Shown here piece after piece: positions 35,629 to 45,776 of a DNA stretch of 64,000 nucleotides. The translations under genes and the position numbers were made by a program. Below the pieces are notes generated by a model. That model made no database searches. It had not been told where the DNA came from and saw only the letters and a list, made by a program, of their open reading frames with translations. Every line of letters starts with the position of its first letter. Positions within the stretch are counted from its first letter, which is position 1. The stretch covers positions 90,304 through 154,303 of the forward strand of contig JACRGD010000005.1 of NCBI GenBank assembly GCA_016212525.1, in the 5' to 3' direction. Source of the DNA: Candidatus Micrarchaeota archaeon. Its GTDB lineage: Archaea; Micrarchaeota; Micrarchaeia; Anstonellales; Bilamarchaeaceae.

Positions 35629-37413
35629 ATGTCCAAGCGATTATTTTTTCTATTATCTTTAGTTCTGGTTCTTTCTCTTTCCTACTCAGAATCGTGCATT
35701 GGTACGTTCCATCATTATCTCCCGGCCGTTGTCGGCTCGAACGGTGGACTCGTCAACATGACTATGCGTCTTTTGCCGGGTAATGGGACTATATACGTCT
35801 CCATCTCCCCCAGAATCGGTACTACGACTCAGGATTCGATTTCCCAGGCCATTCAATATGCATATCTATATTCTTCCAAATCTCGCGAGTGCGACATAAT
35901 CGTTTCATTTGACACTTCATTCCCGACTGAATCGATCGATGGGCCTAGCGCCGGAGCATCGGTTTCGGCAATGACGTTTGCCGCAATAAACAATCTGCCC
36001 TTTAGGTCCGATACGATAATAACTGGTACGATCGAGCCGGATGGGAGTATTGGTCTTGTTGGTGGCATGTACGAGAAAGCCCTCGCCTCGGCACAAATGG
36101 GTGCGAAATATTTTATTGCTCCAAAAGATTCGTTTTTGGAACTTTTGCTCCTTAAGCGAATAGAATCCAAATATCCGATCAAAATACTTACTGCAAAAAA
36201 GATTTCAGAAGTCTTTGGGTTTATGAGTTTAAATCGGACTATTGCAGATGTTCCTGATGATGTGTCAAATCGTCCCATCCCCCAACTCTCCCAATATACT
36301 ACCTACAATCTTAGCTCATTTACTCCAGTTGCCCGGTCTATGATTAATTCCCATTCACAGATCCTCAATAACTTTCCCAATGGCCCCGAAATCACTTCTA
36401 TTCACTCGTTTTACGAAAATGAACTTGATCGGGAGCAGGCAGTTCTAAATAAAGGCTATGTATTTACTGCTGCTAACGACGCATTCCTCAATTACATCGA
36501 TATGACTACTATTTCAGCATTATATGATTCTGAAGTTAGTATCTCTTCTACTAAACGAGAAATCTCTTCGTGCCTAAGCTCAAGCGTCAGGCCGGCTTTC
36601 TCAGATTCGAATTTCGAATGGGTTATTGGTTCTGACTTAAGGAGATCCTGGGCCGGACAAAGACTTGCAAAACTTAATGTTACTGATGAAAATCGCAAAT
36701 TAACTGATGAATTGCTTTCAGATTATCGCTATCTTATTTATGGCAAAGCCTGGTGTAACATTTCCCAATCTATGCTACAAAATGCTCCTGCTCCCTCTTC
36801 TATGCTTAATGAATCATTGCTTAGAGATTTGGCTTACGAAAAGCTTGCTTTGGCAAAGTCTTTTGACCTTACCAATGAGGATCTAAAATCCAGAATTGAT
36901 TCTTCCTCCTCTTTGTTCGCTTTGGGTCGATATGGTGCATCACTCTATGATTCGCAGTATGTTATTTCAATGACTCACGCAACGTCTATTTTATCCAATT
37001 CCTCAAATGTCTCTAATATTTTTGATCCGCTACTTTCAAAAAGAAATTACACTTCTCTTTGGGCTCAGATTTACTCTTCACAGGCAGCATTTCTCTTGGC
37101 ACAGAAAGATCTTGGCTCGGCATATCGAATCGTGCTTTACGCGGATGATCTGGAGTCTCTCAACGGACAGATGTTATCGATTCTAAAACCTGCTTCCTTA
37201 TCCAATTCAACCTCTGCCCTTACACCTGCTTCTGTTTCAGAAACTCCGGATTCTGGATCTGATTTTATCTTCAATTTCCAGCTTCTTTGCTTCATTGGTG
37301 CTATCATAATACTTTTATTGTTTGTCGCTATAACCTTTTATGTCGGGAAAAAATATGGAAATAAAACTAACTCAAGTCGTAAGGTTTATCGAACTCCGAA
37401 AGAAAAAGTCTGA
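35629..37413 (+). CDS. secreted, C-terminally anchored Lon-type (S16) protease-domain protein
   Basis: Signal peptide from the ATG at 35629. S16 core IDGPSAGASVSAMTFAAINN...ITGTIEPDGSIGLVGGMYEKALASAQMGAKYFIAPK. C-terminal TM segment LLCFIGAIIILLLFVAITFYV. The upstream extension of the track ORF is rejected. Confidence 0.7.
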   Translation: MSKRLFFLLSLVLVLSLSYSESCIGTFHHYLPAVVGSNGGLVNMTMRLLPGNGTIYVSISPRIGTTTQDSISQAIQYAYLYSSKSRECDIIVSFDTSFPTESIDGPSAGASVSAMTFAAINNLPFRSDTIITGTIEPDGSIGLVGGMYEKALASAQMGAKYFIAPKDSFLELLLLKRIESKYPIKILTAKKISEVFGFMSLNRTIADVPDDVSNRPIPQLSQYTTYNLSSFTPVARSMINSHSQILNNFPNGPEITSIHSFYENELDREQAVLNKGYVFTAANDAFLNYIDMTTISALYDSEVSISSTKREISSCLSSSVRPAFSDSNFEWVIGSDLRRSWAGQRLAKLNVTDENRKLTDELLSDYRYLIYGKAWCNISQSMLQNAPAPSSMLNESLLRDLAYEKLALAKSFDLTNEDLKSRIDSSSSLFALGRYGASLYDSQYVISMTHATSILSNSSNVSNIFDPLLSKRNYTSLWAQIYSSQAAFLLAQKDLGSAYRIVLYADDLESLNGQMLSILKPASLSNSTSALTPASVSETPDSGSDFIFNFQLLCFIGAIIILLLFVAITFYVGKKYGNKTNSSRKVYRTPKEKV

Positions 37414-38266
37414 ACTCGAATTCGTTCGGGACTATTACAATTCGGATGTATCTGCAGAGCTTACTTCCGTAACTGCTCAACTTTTGGAGCTTTCCACTCT
37501 ATTCTCTAAATCCAGTTTTGAACTCTATTTCCCTTCCGGAGTTCATATTGAAGCCTTTAGCAAAGAGCTCGCTTCCTATTCAAAGGAGGACCTTAAATCT
37601 GCTCTTTCTTTGAAATCCGGGCCTATTTATGATTTATTTAGAAAACGCGGTGAATTGGTCAAGCGTAATTTCGAAAATCGCTATGAAGTTGCAAAGCTGA
37701 ATTTGTTTATTCATAAACTTTCTTCTCCAACAAAAGCAGCTATTTTTGAAGCAATTGCATTTGGTAAAATTGAAAAAGAATTGATTTTAGAAACTTCAGT
37801 TCCTCCTATTTCTTCACCTGAGATTGTCCTGGATATTTCGCCTGCTATTCCAGTCGATGCACCTGAAGTTCAATCCCTTCCTCTCTCAGCTGCATCCTCA
37901 TCTTCAGTACTTGCTCCAAACTACTCATTACTCAGTCGTCTTCTTTCCCGATGCGGTATTTTCTGTACTTTTGATGGGTTAAGTCTAAGGCCCTCTTCGT
38001 CATCCTGTTCTGAGGTTTCGTTTGTCCATAACACTCGTTTAGTTTGGCTTCCAATAGAGCGAAAGCAGGTTTTCGATGACATTCAAAAGAAAATAACTGC
38101 CCAGATGCCTACCCTTCATTTGAAAAATGCCCAAAAACAGATTGAAAAGTTCACTGATGTTCAGGAGAAAGAATTTGAAGATATTCAGGCTAACTATCTT
38201 CGATTGATAAATGAAAAAGAAGCGATTGTCGAATCTTATTTATCTGAAGATGTTTTTGTATTGTGA
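37340..38266 (+). CDS. hypothetical protein
   Basis: 308-aa ORF with no recognised motif. An alternative start at 37355 is possible. Confidence 0.45.
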   Translation: MSGKNMEIKLTQVVRFIELRKKKSELEFVRDYYNSDVSAELTSVTAQLLELSTLFSKSSFELYFPSGVHIEAFSKELASYSKEDLKSALSLKSGPIYDLFRKRGELVKRNFENRYEVAKLNLFIHKLSSPTKAAIFEAIAFGKIEKELILETSVPPISSPEIVLDISPAIPVDAPEVQSLPLSAASSSSVLAPNYSLLSRLLSRCGIFCTFDGLSLRPSSSSCSEVSFVHNTRLVWLPIERKQVFDDIQKKITAQMPTLHLKNAQKQIEKFTDVQEKEFEDIQANYLRLINEKEAIVESYLSEDVFVL

Positions 38267-38291
38267 TTATTCTTATTCTAAGCCTTGATTT

Positions 38292-39860
38292 CTAGAGTTT
38301 GCGTGCCATATATGGCCCGAGTCGCTCGTATCCCTGCTTTCTATAATACTCCCGAACTCCAACTCCACTTATGATAATCATTTTAGTCTCTCCAAATTCT
38401 TCCTTAGCGATCCGTTCTGCTTCATTGAGTAATTTGGTTCCGAATCCGACGTGTTGCGATGCATCCGAACCCCGCTCGCTAACTGGAACTTCAGACCCAT
38501 AGATGTGAAGTTCGCGTATGAGTGCACTGCTTGAATCTATCTCCGATCGTACGCTTTTGGTTTTCCCTGGAATTCTCAATCGTATGAATCCTGCTATCAA
38601 TCCACTCTCATTCTCGAATGAAAGGAAGATCTCTTTCCCGCCGCTCGCATCATAATCAAATCGTTTCATTTCAAAATCGCTGTTTTTGAATTTGAGTTTT
38701 GAAAGCCCAACTTCTCTATAACGTATTTCCTGCGGTTCTATTTTCTTCTCCCGTATTTTATCTTCTACCAATTCTCGCAGGTTGCTTTTTTTGACTCCCT
38801 CTTCAATCTTTTGAGCAGGAATGTCTCTTTGAATTCTCATCACTCGAACGTATCTGGGTATGTATCTATAGAATTCTGAAATTACTTCTGCGGCTTCCTC
38901 AGCCGAATATGGTTGATATTTACCTTCTTTCTGCCATTTTGAAAGTACTGTTCCGCCGACAACTAATGTCGGGTATATTTTGAGCATGTCCGGTCTAAAG
39001 TCTGGGTTTTCAAATACCTTCCTTAGCATTGCAATGTCCTTTTGGGGACTCGATCCAGGTAGTCCGGGCATCAGATGATATACTATCTTGAAAGCTGCGT
39101 TCTTAAGCGCCAGTGTCGAGTCAATTACGTCCTTTACTTTGTGCCCCCGGTTCGTTTTTGCATAAACTTCGTCATCCGGGTTCTGGACTCCCATCTCTAC
39201 TCTTGTTGCGCCGTAGCTAAGCATCTCATCTATGTATGGAATACAGACGTCCGGTCTGGTCTCAATTGTTAGTCCAATGACCCGATGTTTTGCTTTTTCG
39301 TTTAGTTCACGTGATTCTTCGAGCGTCTTAGCTTCATCCTTTGCATTTCCGTTTAGTGCATCGTATATTCCTTTTATGAATTCGGTTTTGTACTGCTGGG
39401 ATGTTTCGAGAAAAGTTCCTCCCATGACAATCACTTCGCATTTGTCCGTCGGATGGCCTCCTCCTTCGAATTGTTTTACTCGTCCAGATGCCTGTAAATA
39501 TGAATCGTAATTAAACTGCCTGCTTCTAAGTGCTGCTGGTTCAAATCCCGTGTAACTCTTTGCTGCAAGGCCGGTAAATGGACAATAAACACAGCCCCAT
39601 TTGCACGAGTCCTGTGGTCTTATCATTACTGCTATTGGTGTAACTCCCGAAAGTGTTTTTGTGGGTTTTTTGATAATTAATTTCTTTATCTGGGGTGTAA
39701 GTTTATCTTTTGGAAATCTGGCCAATATTTCTGGGTTTTTGATTATTGATCCAAGATCATATTTTCGTGAGAGCTCCCGCTTTATCTTGTCTATATCCGT
39801 TCGACCATTTAGGATCTGTTCTATCATTAACTCTATTACTTTCTCTCTCGATTCCATCAC
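38292..39860 (-). CDS. elp3: Elp3-type tRNA uridine(34) modification enzyme (radical SAM + GNAT)
   Basis: Radical-SAM cluster CKWGCVYCP, an Elp3-typical core (IGLTIETRPD, VEMGVQ) and a C-terminal GNAT domain (HVGFGTKLLNEAERIA). Confidence 0.9.
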   Translation of the reverse strand: MMESREKVIELMIEQILNGRTDIDKIKRELSRKYDLGSIIKNPEILARFPKDKLTPQIKKLIIKKPTKTLSGVTPIAVMIRPQDSCKWGCVYCPFTGLAAKSYTGFEPAALRSRQFNYDSYLQASGRVKQFEGGGHPTDKCEVIVMGGTFLETSQQYKTEFIKGIYDALNGNAKDEAKTLEESRELNEKAKHRVIGLTIETRPDVCIPYIDEMLSYGATRVEMGVQNPDDEVYAKTNRGHKVKDVIDSTLALKNAAFKIVYHLMPGLPGSSPQKDIAMLRKVFENPDFRPDMLKIYPTLVVGGTVLSKWQKEGKYQPYSAEEAAEVISEFYRYIPRYVRVMRIQRDIPAQKIEEGVKKSNLRELVEDKIREKKIEPQEIRYREVGLSKLKFKNSDFEMKRFDYDASGGKEIFLSFENESGLIAGFIRLRIPGKTKSVRSEIDSSSALIRELHIYGSEVPVSERGSDASQHVGFGTKLLNEAERIAKEEFGETKMIIISGVGVREYYRKQGYERLGPYMARKL

Positions 39861-39909
39861 TAGTTTGTTTGTCTAAATGGCTTTTAAAGATATATTGATG
39901 GCTCTGATC

Positions 39910-40722
39910 CTAGAAAAAGTTGGATATGAGTCCGGCAAAGCCATAAATCGCGCTCTCAAAGATCGGGAAAATAAGAGTTCCCTGATTTGTTGCCTTCCAG
40001 TCTCCGATGAGGTTTGAACGTATTTCCATCGTTATGTTTTTTTCATCGTGAATTATGTTGCTTGCCAGAGACGTTACCTTCACTGTCGTCTGAAATGTTT
40101 CTTCTTCGTTGCCCACTATTTCGTAATTGAGTGTCTTTGTGCTTTTTGCAGGTACGTATATCTGTTTCTTGAATGTCCATCTTCGAGGTCCTTGAGTGCT
40201 TATCTCAAAAACATCTCCTGTGGATGCCTTGTTGGTTATATCTATTGCAAATCTTGCCGGTTGGCCTGGTCCGATCAATGCTTTTGTCGGGCTAACCTGA
40301 AAATCCATGACATCATATGTGACTCGTACTCTGGCCTTTATTGTCTGTCTGCCTAATTCTTCACCGTTGTTCTCATCTATTATGTTTACTGTAAAATTGT
40401 ACTGTCCTTCTTTTGCTAGTGGATCTGCAGAAACTGTTACTTGCAGTGGGTCTGCATAAAGTTTGCTTTCTCGGGTAGTCCATCCTGGCGGAAGCGAGCC
40501 TACCGTTGCCAAATCATATCTTCCACCTTCGCTATGAAGTCCGCCTGTTTTTACTGTCGGATCAATTAGTATTGAGACTGTCTGACCTGGTCCGATTGTT
40601 CCAAGGTCCAAAACTGCGCCGTTTTCTATTTCGCCTACTGGTGGCGAAACAACTATTATTGCAAAGCTTGAACTGATAAGTAATAACATCAAAACAAAGA
40701 CTGATCTGTAATTGGCAAACAT
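39910..40722 (-). CDS. secreted surface protein with a C-terminal anchor (hypothetical, Ig-like repeats?)
   Basis: Signal peptide, a beta-rich sequence and a C-terminal hydrophobic segment. No firm family call. Confidence 0.45.
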   Translation of the reverse strand: MFANYRSVFVLMLLLISSSFAIIVVSPPVGEIENGAVLDLGTIGPGQTVSILIDPTVKTGGLHSEGGRYDLATVGSLPPGWTTRESKLYADPLQVTVSADPLAKEGQYNFTVNIIDENNGEELGRQTIKARVRVTYDVMDFQVSPTKALIGPGQPARFAIDITNKASTGDVFEISTQGPRRWTFKKQIYVPAKSTKTLNYEIVGNEEETFQTTVKVTSLASNIIHDEKNITMEIRSNLIGDWKATNQGTLIFPIFESAIYGFAGLISNFF

Positions 40723-40769
40723 GAGCTGTATTCTTAGTTAAAAGTTATAAATCTGTTTCTTGCTTCGGT

Positions 40770-42143
40770 TTATCTAAGGAGCGCTTCAAATGCCTTTTCT
40801 ATCTTTTCTTCAATCTGTTTTATTTCCAGTTCTTTTTTTGAATCCAGTTCTATTTTTCTTTCCAATCGTTTCCTCTCTAATTCTATTGCTCCGTCCCACT
40901 CTTTTTGAGTTAGTTCTTTTGGCGGTTTAATCTGGCTTAGCTGCTTTCCTGCACTCTTGGCCTCAAAGACTAGTTTTCCAACTATTCCGTGCGCATCTCT
41001 AAACGAGATCCCTTTTCGTGCGAGCGTATCTGCGATTTCGGTGGCCTGTGCATATCCGTTTTCGAGCTCTAGGGTTATTTTTTCCTCCTCGAACTCTATA
41101 TCTTCCAGAATTTTCGAAATTATTTCTGTGCTTGATATCGCTGTTTTTAGACTTTCCATCATGCAGCCTTTGGTTTCCTGCAAATCCGAATGATAGCCTG
41201 AAATAAGTCCTTTTTTGATCGAGAGTACCTGATTGAGGCTCCCATTTACTTTCGCTGCTCGCGCTCTTATGAGTTCAAGGACATCCGGGTTTTTCTTATT
41301 TGGCATAATGCTGCTGCCTGTACAATACTTGTCTGGTATTTTGATCAGCTCTTTCTGTGAAAGCCAAATCAATTCCTCAGAAATCCCAGAGAGTCGGGTC
41401 ATGTGCATGGACAAAATCCAAAGCAGTTCGGCTTCTAGCTCCCCTCTGGAGTTTATTGCATCCATTTCATTTTCTTCAATTCCATCAAAACCCAGAAGTT
41501 CTGCAGTGTATTTGCGATCTATTGGCCAACTAGTTCCTGATATCGCGCATGCACCAAGCGGATTTTTGTTCACTCTTTTTAGAAATTCAATTGTTCGATC
41601 TATGTCCCGTTCAAGTCCACTTGCTATCGATTGCGCCCAAAAGCTTATTGTTATTGGTTGAGCTACCCGCGTGTGCGTATATGCAACCATCAGACCCTTT
41701 TTCGCTGCCTGGTTTTTGAGGCTCTCCTGAATCTTGAGTACCCCTTTTGCAAATTCTATAGCTCCGTCGCGCATGTAGAGTCTAAGATCCAGAAGTACCT
41801 GATCATTTCGAGAGCGCGCGGTATGCATCTTTTTACCGGCATTTGTTTTCTTGCTTACAATTGCCTCTATATTAGAGTGGACATCCTCTAGTGCAGGATC
41901 AAGTTTTATCCTGTTCTCCATTCCTAGATTATATACCTCCTTCAGGACTCGAGATATTTCATCACTCTCCTGCTTGGTGAGAATGCTCGCTTTTGCGAGC
42001 ATTTTGACGTGGGCTAAGTTACCTAAGATGTCATAGATTATCAGTTTCTCATCTAAGACTATGTTCTCGCCCGAATTGAAGGAGATTATTTCTCCCTCAG
42101 CGCCACTAAATGCTCCCTGCCAGAGTTTTTCTGATTTCTTCAT
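40770..42143 (-). CDS. argH: argininosuccinate lyase
   Basis: Fumarate-lyase signature GSSIMPNKKNP and HTARSRNDQV. 457 aa. Confidence 0.9.
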   Translation of the reverse strand: MKKSEKLWQGAFSGAEGEIISFNSGENIVLDEKLIIYDILGNLAHVKMLAKASILTKQESDEISRVLKEVYNLGMENRIKLDPALEDVHSNIEAIVSKKTNAGKKMHTARSRNDQVLLDLRLYMRDGAIEFAKGVLKIQESLKNQAAKKGLMVAYTHTRVAQPITISFWAQSIASGLERDIDRTIEFLKRVNKNPLGACAISGTSWPIDRKYTAELLGFDGIEENEMDAINSRGELEAELLWILSMHMTRLSGISEELIWLSQKELIKIPDKYCTGSSIMPNKKNPDVLELIRARAAKVNGSLNQVLSIKKGLISGYHSDLQETKGCMMESLKTAISSTEIISKILEDIEFEEEKITLELENGYAQATEIADTLARKGISFRDAHGIVGKLVFEAKSAGKQLSQIKPPKELTQKEWDGAIELERKRLERKIELDSKKELEIKQIEEKIEKAFEALLR

Positions 42144-42147
42144 TTTC

Positions 42148-43389
42148 TCACTGCTTTCCTTTCTTCTTTCGGTTTATTATGGCATTGTGCGCCATAAGTC
42201 GTACTGCATTTATTTTTATGAATCCTCTGGAATCTTTTTGATCGAACCCACCTGCAATGTTCATGCTAGAAAGATCTTGGTTATATAGTGAGCTTGGCGA
42301 TTGCCGACCTGTTATCGTTATATTGCCCTTATAGAGGCTCATCATAACGACTCCGTCTATTATTTCCTGGCTCTTGTTTATTGCGGCCATCAAAAAGTCC
42401 ATTTCCGGGCTAAACCAGAATCCATTGTATACCAGCTCGGCAAACTTTGGCGCCAACATATCTCGTAATCGCATGACTTCACGATCCATGGCTATCGATT
42501 CGATGTCCATATGTGCCGCCCGCAAAATTGTTGCTCCTGGCGTTTCGTAAACTCCCCGCGACTTAATGCCTACAAACCGATTCTCGACAATGTCTATTCT
42601 TCCAATCGCATTCTGAGCTCCCAGTTCATTTAGGTACATAAAGACCTCAAGCGGATCCGTTTTCTCAACGCCTGTTTTTTTGTTGACGACCTTGACTGGC
42701 ACGCCATCTTTGAAATGTATCTCAATGTGTGTTTCCTCATCTGGCGCATCTTTTGCAGATTTGGTCCATTCGAACATATCTGAAGTTGGAGCAATCATCG
42801 GATCTTCCAATATTCCCGATTCGTAACTGATGTGCATCAGATTTGCGTCTGTGCTGTAAGGTTTTGCGTGTGTTGCCTTTATCGGAATTCCCTTCTCCTT
42901 TGCATAGTTAATTAGGTCAGTTCTTCCCTTGAACTTTGCCAAAAATTCCTCGTCTTTCCACGGTGCGATGACCTTTATCTGAGGGTCCAGCGCATAGTAT
43001 GTGAGTTCGAATCGGACCTGATCGTTTCCTTTGCCCGTGGCTCCATGTGAAACATATTGCGCGCCTTCTTTTTTGGCAATTTCCATCTGTTTCTTTGCAA
43101 TGACTGGGCGTGCGAGAGACGTTCCAAGCAGATATCTTCCCTCATATATGGCATTCACCTTGATTGCCGGGAAAATATAATCGGTTACGAATTCTTTTTT
43201 GAGATCCTCAACATAGACTTTACTCGCGCCGCATTTGAGTGCCTTTTCTTTTGCTGCCAATAAATCCTCGTTCTGTCCGACATCTGCAATGTATGCTACA
43301 ACTTCATAGCCTTTTTCTACTAGCCAGACTAAAATGCATGAAGTATCCAATCCACCCGAATAAGCCAAAACAACTTTTTCTTTTGTCAT
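42148..43389 (-). CDS. argG: argininosuccinate synthase
   Basis: [11 protein letters not shown]-loop, [12 protein letters not shown] and [15 protein letters not shown] motifs. Confidence 0.95.
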   Translation of the reverse strand: MTKEKVVLAYSGGLDTSCILVWLVEKGYEVVAYIADVGQNEDLLAAKEKALKCGASKVYVEDLKKEFVTDYIFPAIKVNAIYEGRYLLGTSLARPVIAKKQMEIAKKEGAQYVSHGATGKGNDQVRFELTYYALDPQIKVIAPWKDEEFLAKFKGRTDLINYAKEKGIPIKATHAKPYSTDANLMHISYESGILEDPMIAPTSDMFEWTKSAKDAPDEETHIEIHFKDGVPVKVVNKKTGVEKTDPLEVFMYLNELGAQNAIGRIDIVENRFVGIKSRGVYETPGATILRAAHMDIESIAMDREVMRLRDMLAPKFAELVYNGFWFSPEMDFLMAAINKSQEIIDGVVMMSLYKGNITITGRQSPSSLYNQDLSSMNIAGGFDQKDSRGFIKINAVRLMAHNAIINRKKKGKQ

Positions 43390-43429
43390 AGTTTTTCACC
43401 TTTTTTATTGATGTTAATATTTCTTTTTT

Positions 43430-44407
43430 CTACTCTCGAACTAATGGAAGCGTAGAGCATCGGGCATATCCTTCGCCTAGAACTACTTCGTCCATTGGCA
43501 GATGTATGACCTCCGTTCCCAGATTATTAAGTATTTCTATTACTTTCTCGCATCGCGGATTTACAAACACTGTCTCCGGGTTAATCCAGAATCCGTTTGT
43601 TCCAAGAAGCTTTGCTTCAGTCTGTGAAATTCCATGGAGTTTTCCATATACTTTCTTTAGGAGTGTCACTGATGCTGGATCTGCAAATGCAGATTCATAA
43701 ACCAACGCGCCTCCGGGATGTCCGTTTGGTTTTGCAATCGGTCCAAATGCACAATCCAAGTGTAGGATTCCTGGTTTTAGTGGCACGTTTATAACTTCAA
43801 ATTCCGTGCCTACTACTTCCTGTAGCCATTTGACTGCCGCCAAATTTGTTCGATCACCCGTACCCAAAAACAACAAATCTCCCTCGAGTACTACGTTTCC
43901 TCCTTCTATCATGACCTCGCGGGGTGGTATGATTCCTCCGATTAGTTGCTCTTGCTCGGGCTTTCGAACATCTGCTCCCATATTGCAATGGATTAATTTT
44001 TTCCCTGCCACAAAACCAATGTCTCGGGTATAAACCCCCTCTGGTATGTTTTCTTTTGGAGGAAGCAGTTGCACCTCTATTCCATGTGAAACCAATGCCA
44101 TTATGAATCCAAAATGCTCGATTACTGCCTTTGACCGGTTTGGTCGATTGTCCATATTTGCAGCTTCTGCTTGATTTATTGGTGTTCCCCAGTCAAGATA
44201 TGCTGGAAGAGAAACAACTACTGTCCTGACTTTACCTCGTTCGTCTTTAGCGTTTACTCCACAAATTCCAGCTGATACGCTGTCTACTAACTGTATGTGT
44301 TCAAGCTGTCCTCCTTTTCCCATAAATCCATGTGCAAGTGAGACTGCAATTTTATCAATTGGTCGAAAACCATTTTTTGCAGCTGTTGCTGTAGATGTTG
44401 TAGTCAT
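43430..44407 (-). CDS. amidinotransferase-superfamily enzyme (arginine deiminase / DDAH-like)
   Basis: HLDCAFGPI and the C-terminal GEGYARCSTLPL catalytic-Cys context are typical of guanidino-group-modifying enzymes. Confidence 0.55.
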   Translation of the reverse strand: MTTTSTATAAKNGFRPIDKIAVSLAHGFMGKGGQLEHIQLVDSVSAGICGVNAKDERGKVRTVVVSLPAYLDWGTPINQAEAANMDNRPNRSKAVIEHFGFIMALVSHGIEVQLLPPKENIPEGVYTRDIGFVAGKKLIHCNMGADVRKPEQEQLIGGIIPPREVMIEGGNVVLEGDLLFLGTGDRTNLAAVKWLQEVVGTEFEVINVPLKPGILHLDCAFGPIAKPNGHPGGALVYESAFADPASVTLLKKVYGKLHGISQTEAKLLGTNGFWINPETVFVNPRCEKVIEILNNLGTEVIHLPMDEVVLGEGYARCSTLPLVRE

Positions 44408-44474
44408 GGTTTCTTTAGCTCAAAATTTCATATTTAAACATTTCGTAACTATTGTTACATTTTAATGATTCATT

Positions 44475-44489
44475 GTTACAAATGGAACA
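44475..44489 (-). promoter_or_regulatory. candidate operator TGTTCCATTTGTAAC (read on the minus strand) upstream of the amidinotransferase gene
   Basis: Exact 15-mer shared with 45148-45162, in the same orientation relative to the downstream gene. A neighbouring ATTGTTACA half-site repeat is at 44451. Confidence 0.35.
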
Positions 44490-44493
44490 ATTA

Positions 44494-45081
44494 TTAATTC
44501 GCAATCGTAATCATGGTCGGCTCAAGTACCTCGATTTTCTCTATCACATTTCCTGATTGAACCTGAGTTATTCCATGACCAAATATGACCCACTTTTCGC
44601 TTTTGTGCTGCCAATCACTTTGCAATACATACCATCCGTTTATCGGGTTGGTGTGCGTGGCTCGCCATATCAGTGCTTGTCCATATTCTGAACTTTTTAT
44701 CTCTTTCATAAGTGCTTTTGCAATCCCCTTTCCCTGATTCTCTGCTGGCACTGCGATCTTATCTAGATAGGCAACATCGCCTATTTTTTTCACTATTGCT
44801 GCTCCTTCATAGTTGCCTGCTATCAAAATCTCCAGCACTGCTGGTTCTTTCATTTCAAAATAATCGTCTTTGAGTTTTTTGCCAAAGCTTCGCTCAAGAA
44901 GTTCTTTCAATCGAGTTTTATCAACTTCATCAAAACTTGCATATTTTCTTATCTCGACCAGTTGTCTTGGCTTTTCACTTATGGATTTTGAACCAAATCC
45001 TGCTTGTGCGGATGGTGTGGTCCTCCCAACTCCTGATTGTGATTTCTCATCCCTATCAAATATTTTTCTTAATTCGTGCAT
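44494..45081 (-). CDS. GNAT acetyltransferase (N-acetylglutamate-synthase-like)
   Basis: YLDKIAVPAENQGKGIAKALMKEI resembles the NAGS-type GNAT core. It lies in an arginine-gene neighbourhood. Confidence 0.5.
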   Translation of the reverse strand: MHELRKIFDRDEKSQSGVGRTTPSAQAGFGSKSISEKPRQLVEIRKYASFDEVDKTRLKELLERSFGKKLKDDYFEMKEPAVLEILIAGNYEGAAIVKKIGDVAYLDKIAVPAENQGKGIAKALMKEIKSSEYGQALIWRATHTNPINGWYVLQSDWQHKSEKWVIFGHGITQVQSGNVIEKIEVLEPTMITIAN

Positions 45082-45147
45082 TGCTTTTTTTGTTATTTTT
45101 CTTTATTATAACTCTGACGTGACATTTGTATCATTTTATATATTTTC

Positions 45148-45162
45148 TGTTCCATTTGTAAC
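45148..45162 (+). promoter_or_regulatory. candidate operator TGTTCCATTTGTAAC between the TATA-like box and the ACT-protein start
   Basis: It follows TTTTATATA (45134-45142) and ends 3 nt before the ATG at 45166. A partial copy, CATTTGTA, is at 45123. Confidence 0.35.
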
Positions 45163-45165
45163 TTC

Positions 45166-45768
45166 ATGAAAGAAAACGTAAGCGAGCTCGTATGGCTCTA
45201 TGTCAAAAAAAGACCCCTCATAAAATCTGCCCTAAAAGATGGTATTGTTAATTATTCTGCACTCGCTCGTAGGATTTCTCATGATCTGTTTTCCGGATCT
45301 AAAAAAACTAATGCAGTGAAAATGGCACTCGTGCGTCTCTACTCCAAACTTTCAAAGAATTCAGACGAATTAGAGTCAAAAATCCTCGATGTTCTTCAAA
45401 AGAGTTCACTTAGTATCAAGACAAAAATTTCGGTTATTATTACCCGAGGCGAAATCGAAAGGCTCAAATATCTTTCTTACGTCGAGAGTCGGGGTATCGT
45501 GACTTACGTGGTTGATGATCTGGAACTGGAGAAAGTCAAGCATTCAAAACTCCTGATTCAGATTGAAAAAAATCTCAATCTGATAATCATTCACAGTCCT
45601 CCATCTATTGAAGAAACGCCTGGTGTAATCTCACACATCATCGATTCCTTATCTGCAGAGGGCATAAACATAGTCGAATTTATCTCTTGTTACACTGATA
45701 CTATCTTAGTCATTAAACAAGCCGACACAACCCGTACACACCAGATCATTGCGGATATGATGTCCTGA
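45166..45768 (+). CDS. ACT-domain protein with an N-terminal HTH-like region (COG2150-type putative amino-acid regulator)
   Basis: N-terminal VNYSALARRIS helix. C-terminal ACT-like PGVISHIIDSLSAEGINIVEFISCYTDTILVI. Confidence 0.5.
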   Translation: MKENVSELVWLYVKKRPLIKSALKDGIVNYSALARRISHDLFSGSKKTNAVKMALVRLYSKLSKNSDELESKILDVLQKSSLSIKTKISVIITRGEIERLKYLSYVESRGIVTYVVDDLELEKVKHSKLLIQIEKNLNLIIIHSPPSIEETPGVISHIIDSLSAEGINIVEFISCYTDTILVIKQADTTRTHQIIADMMS

Positions 45769-45776
45769 CCTAGCAA

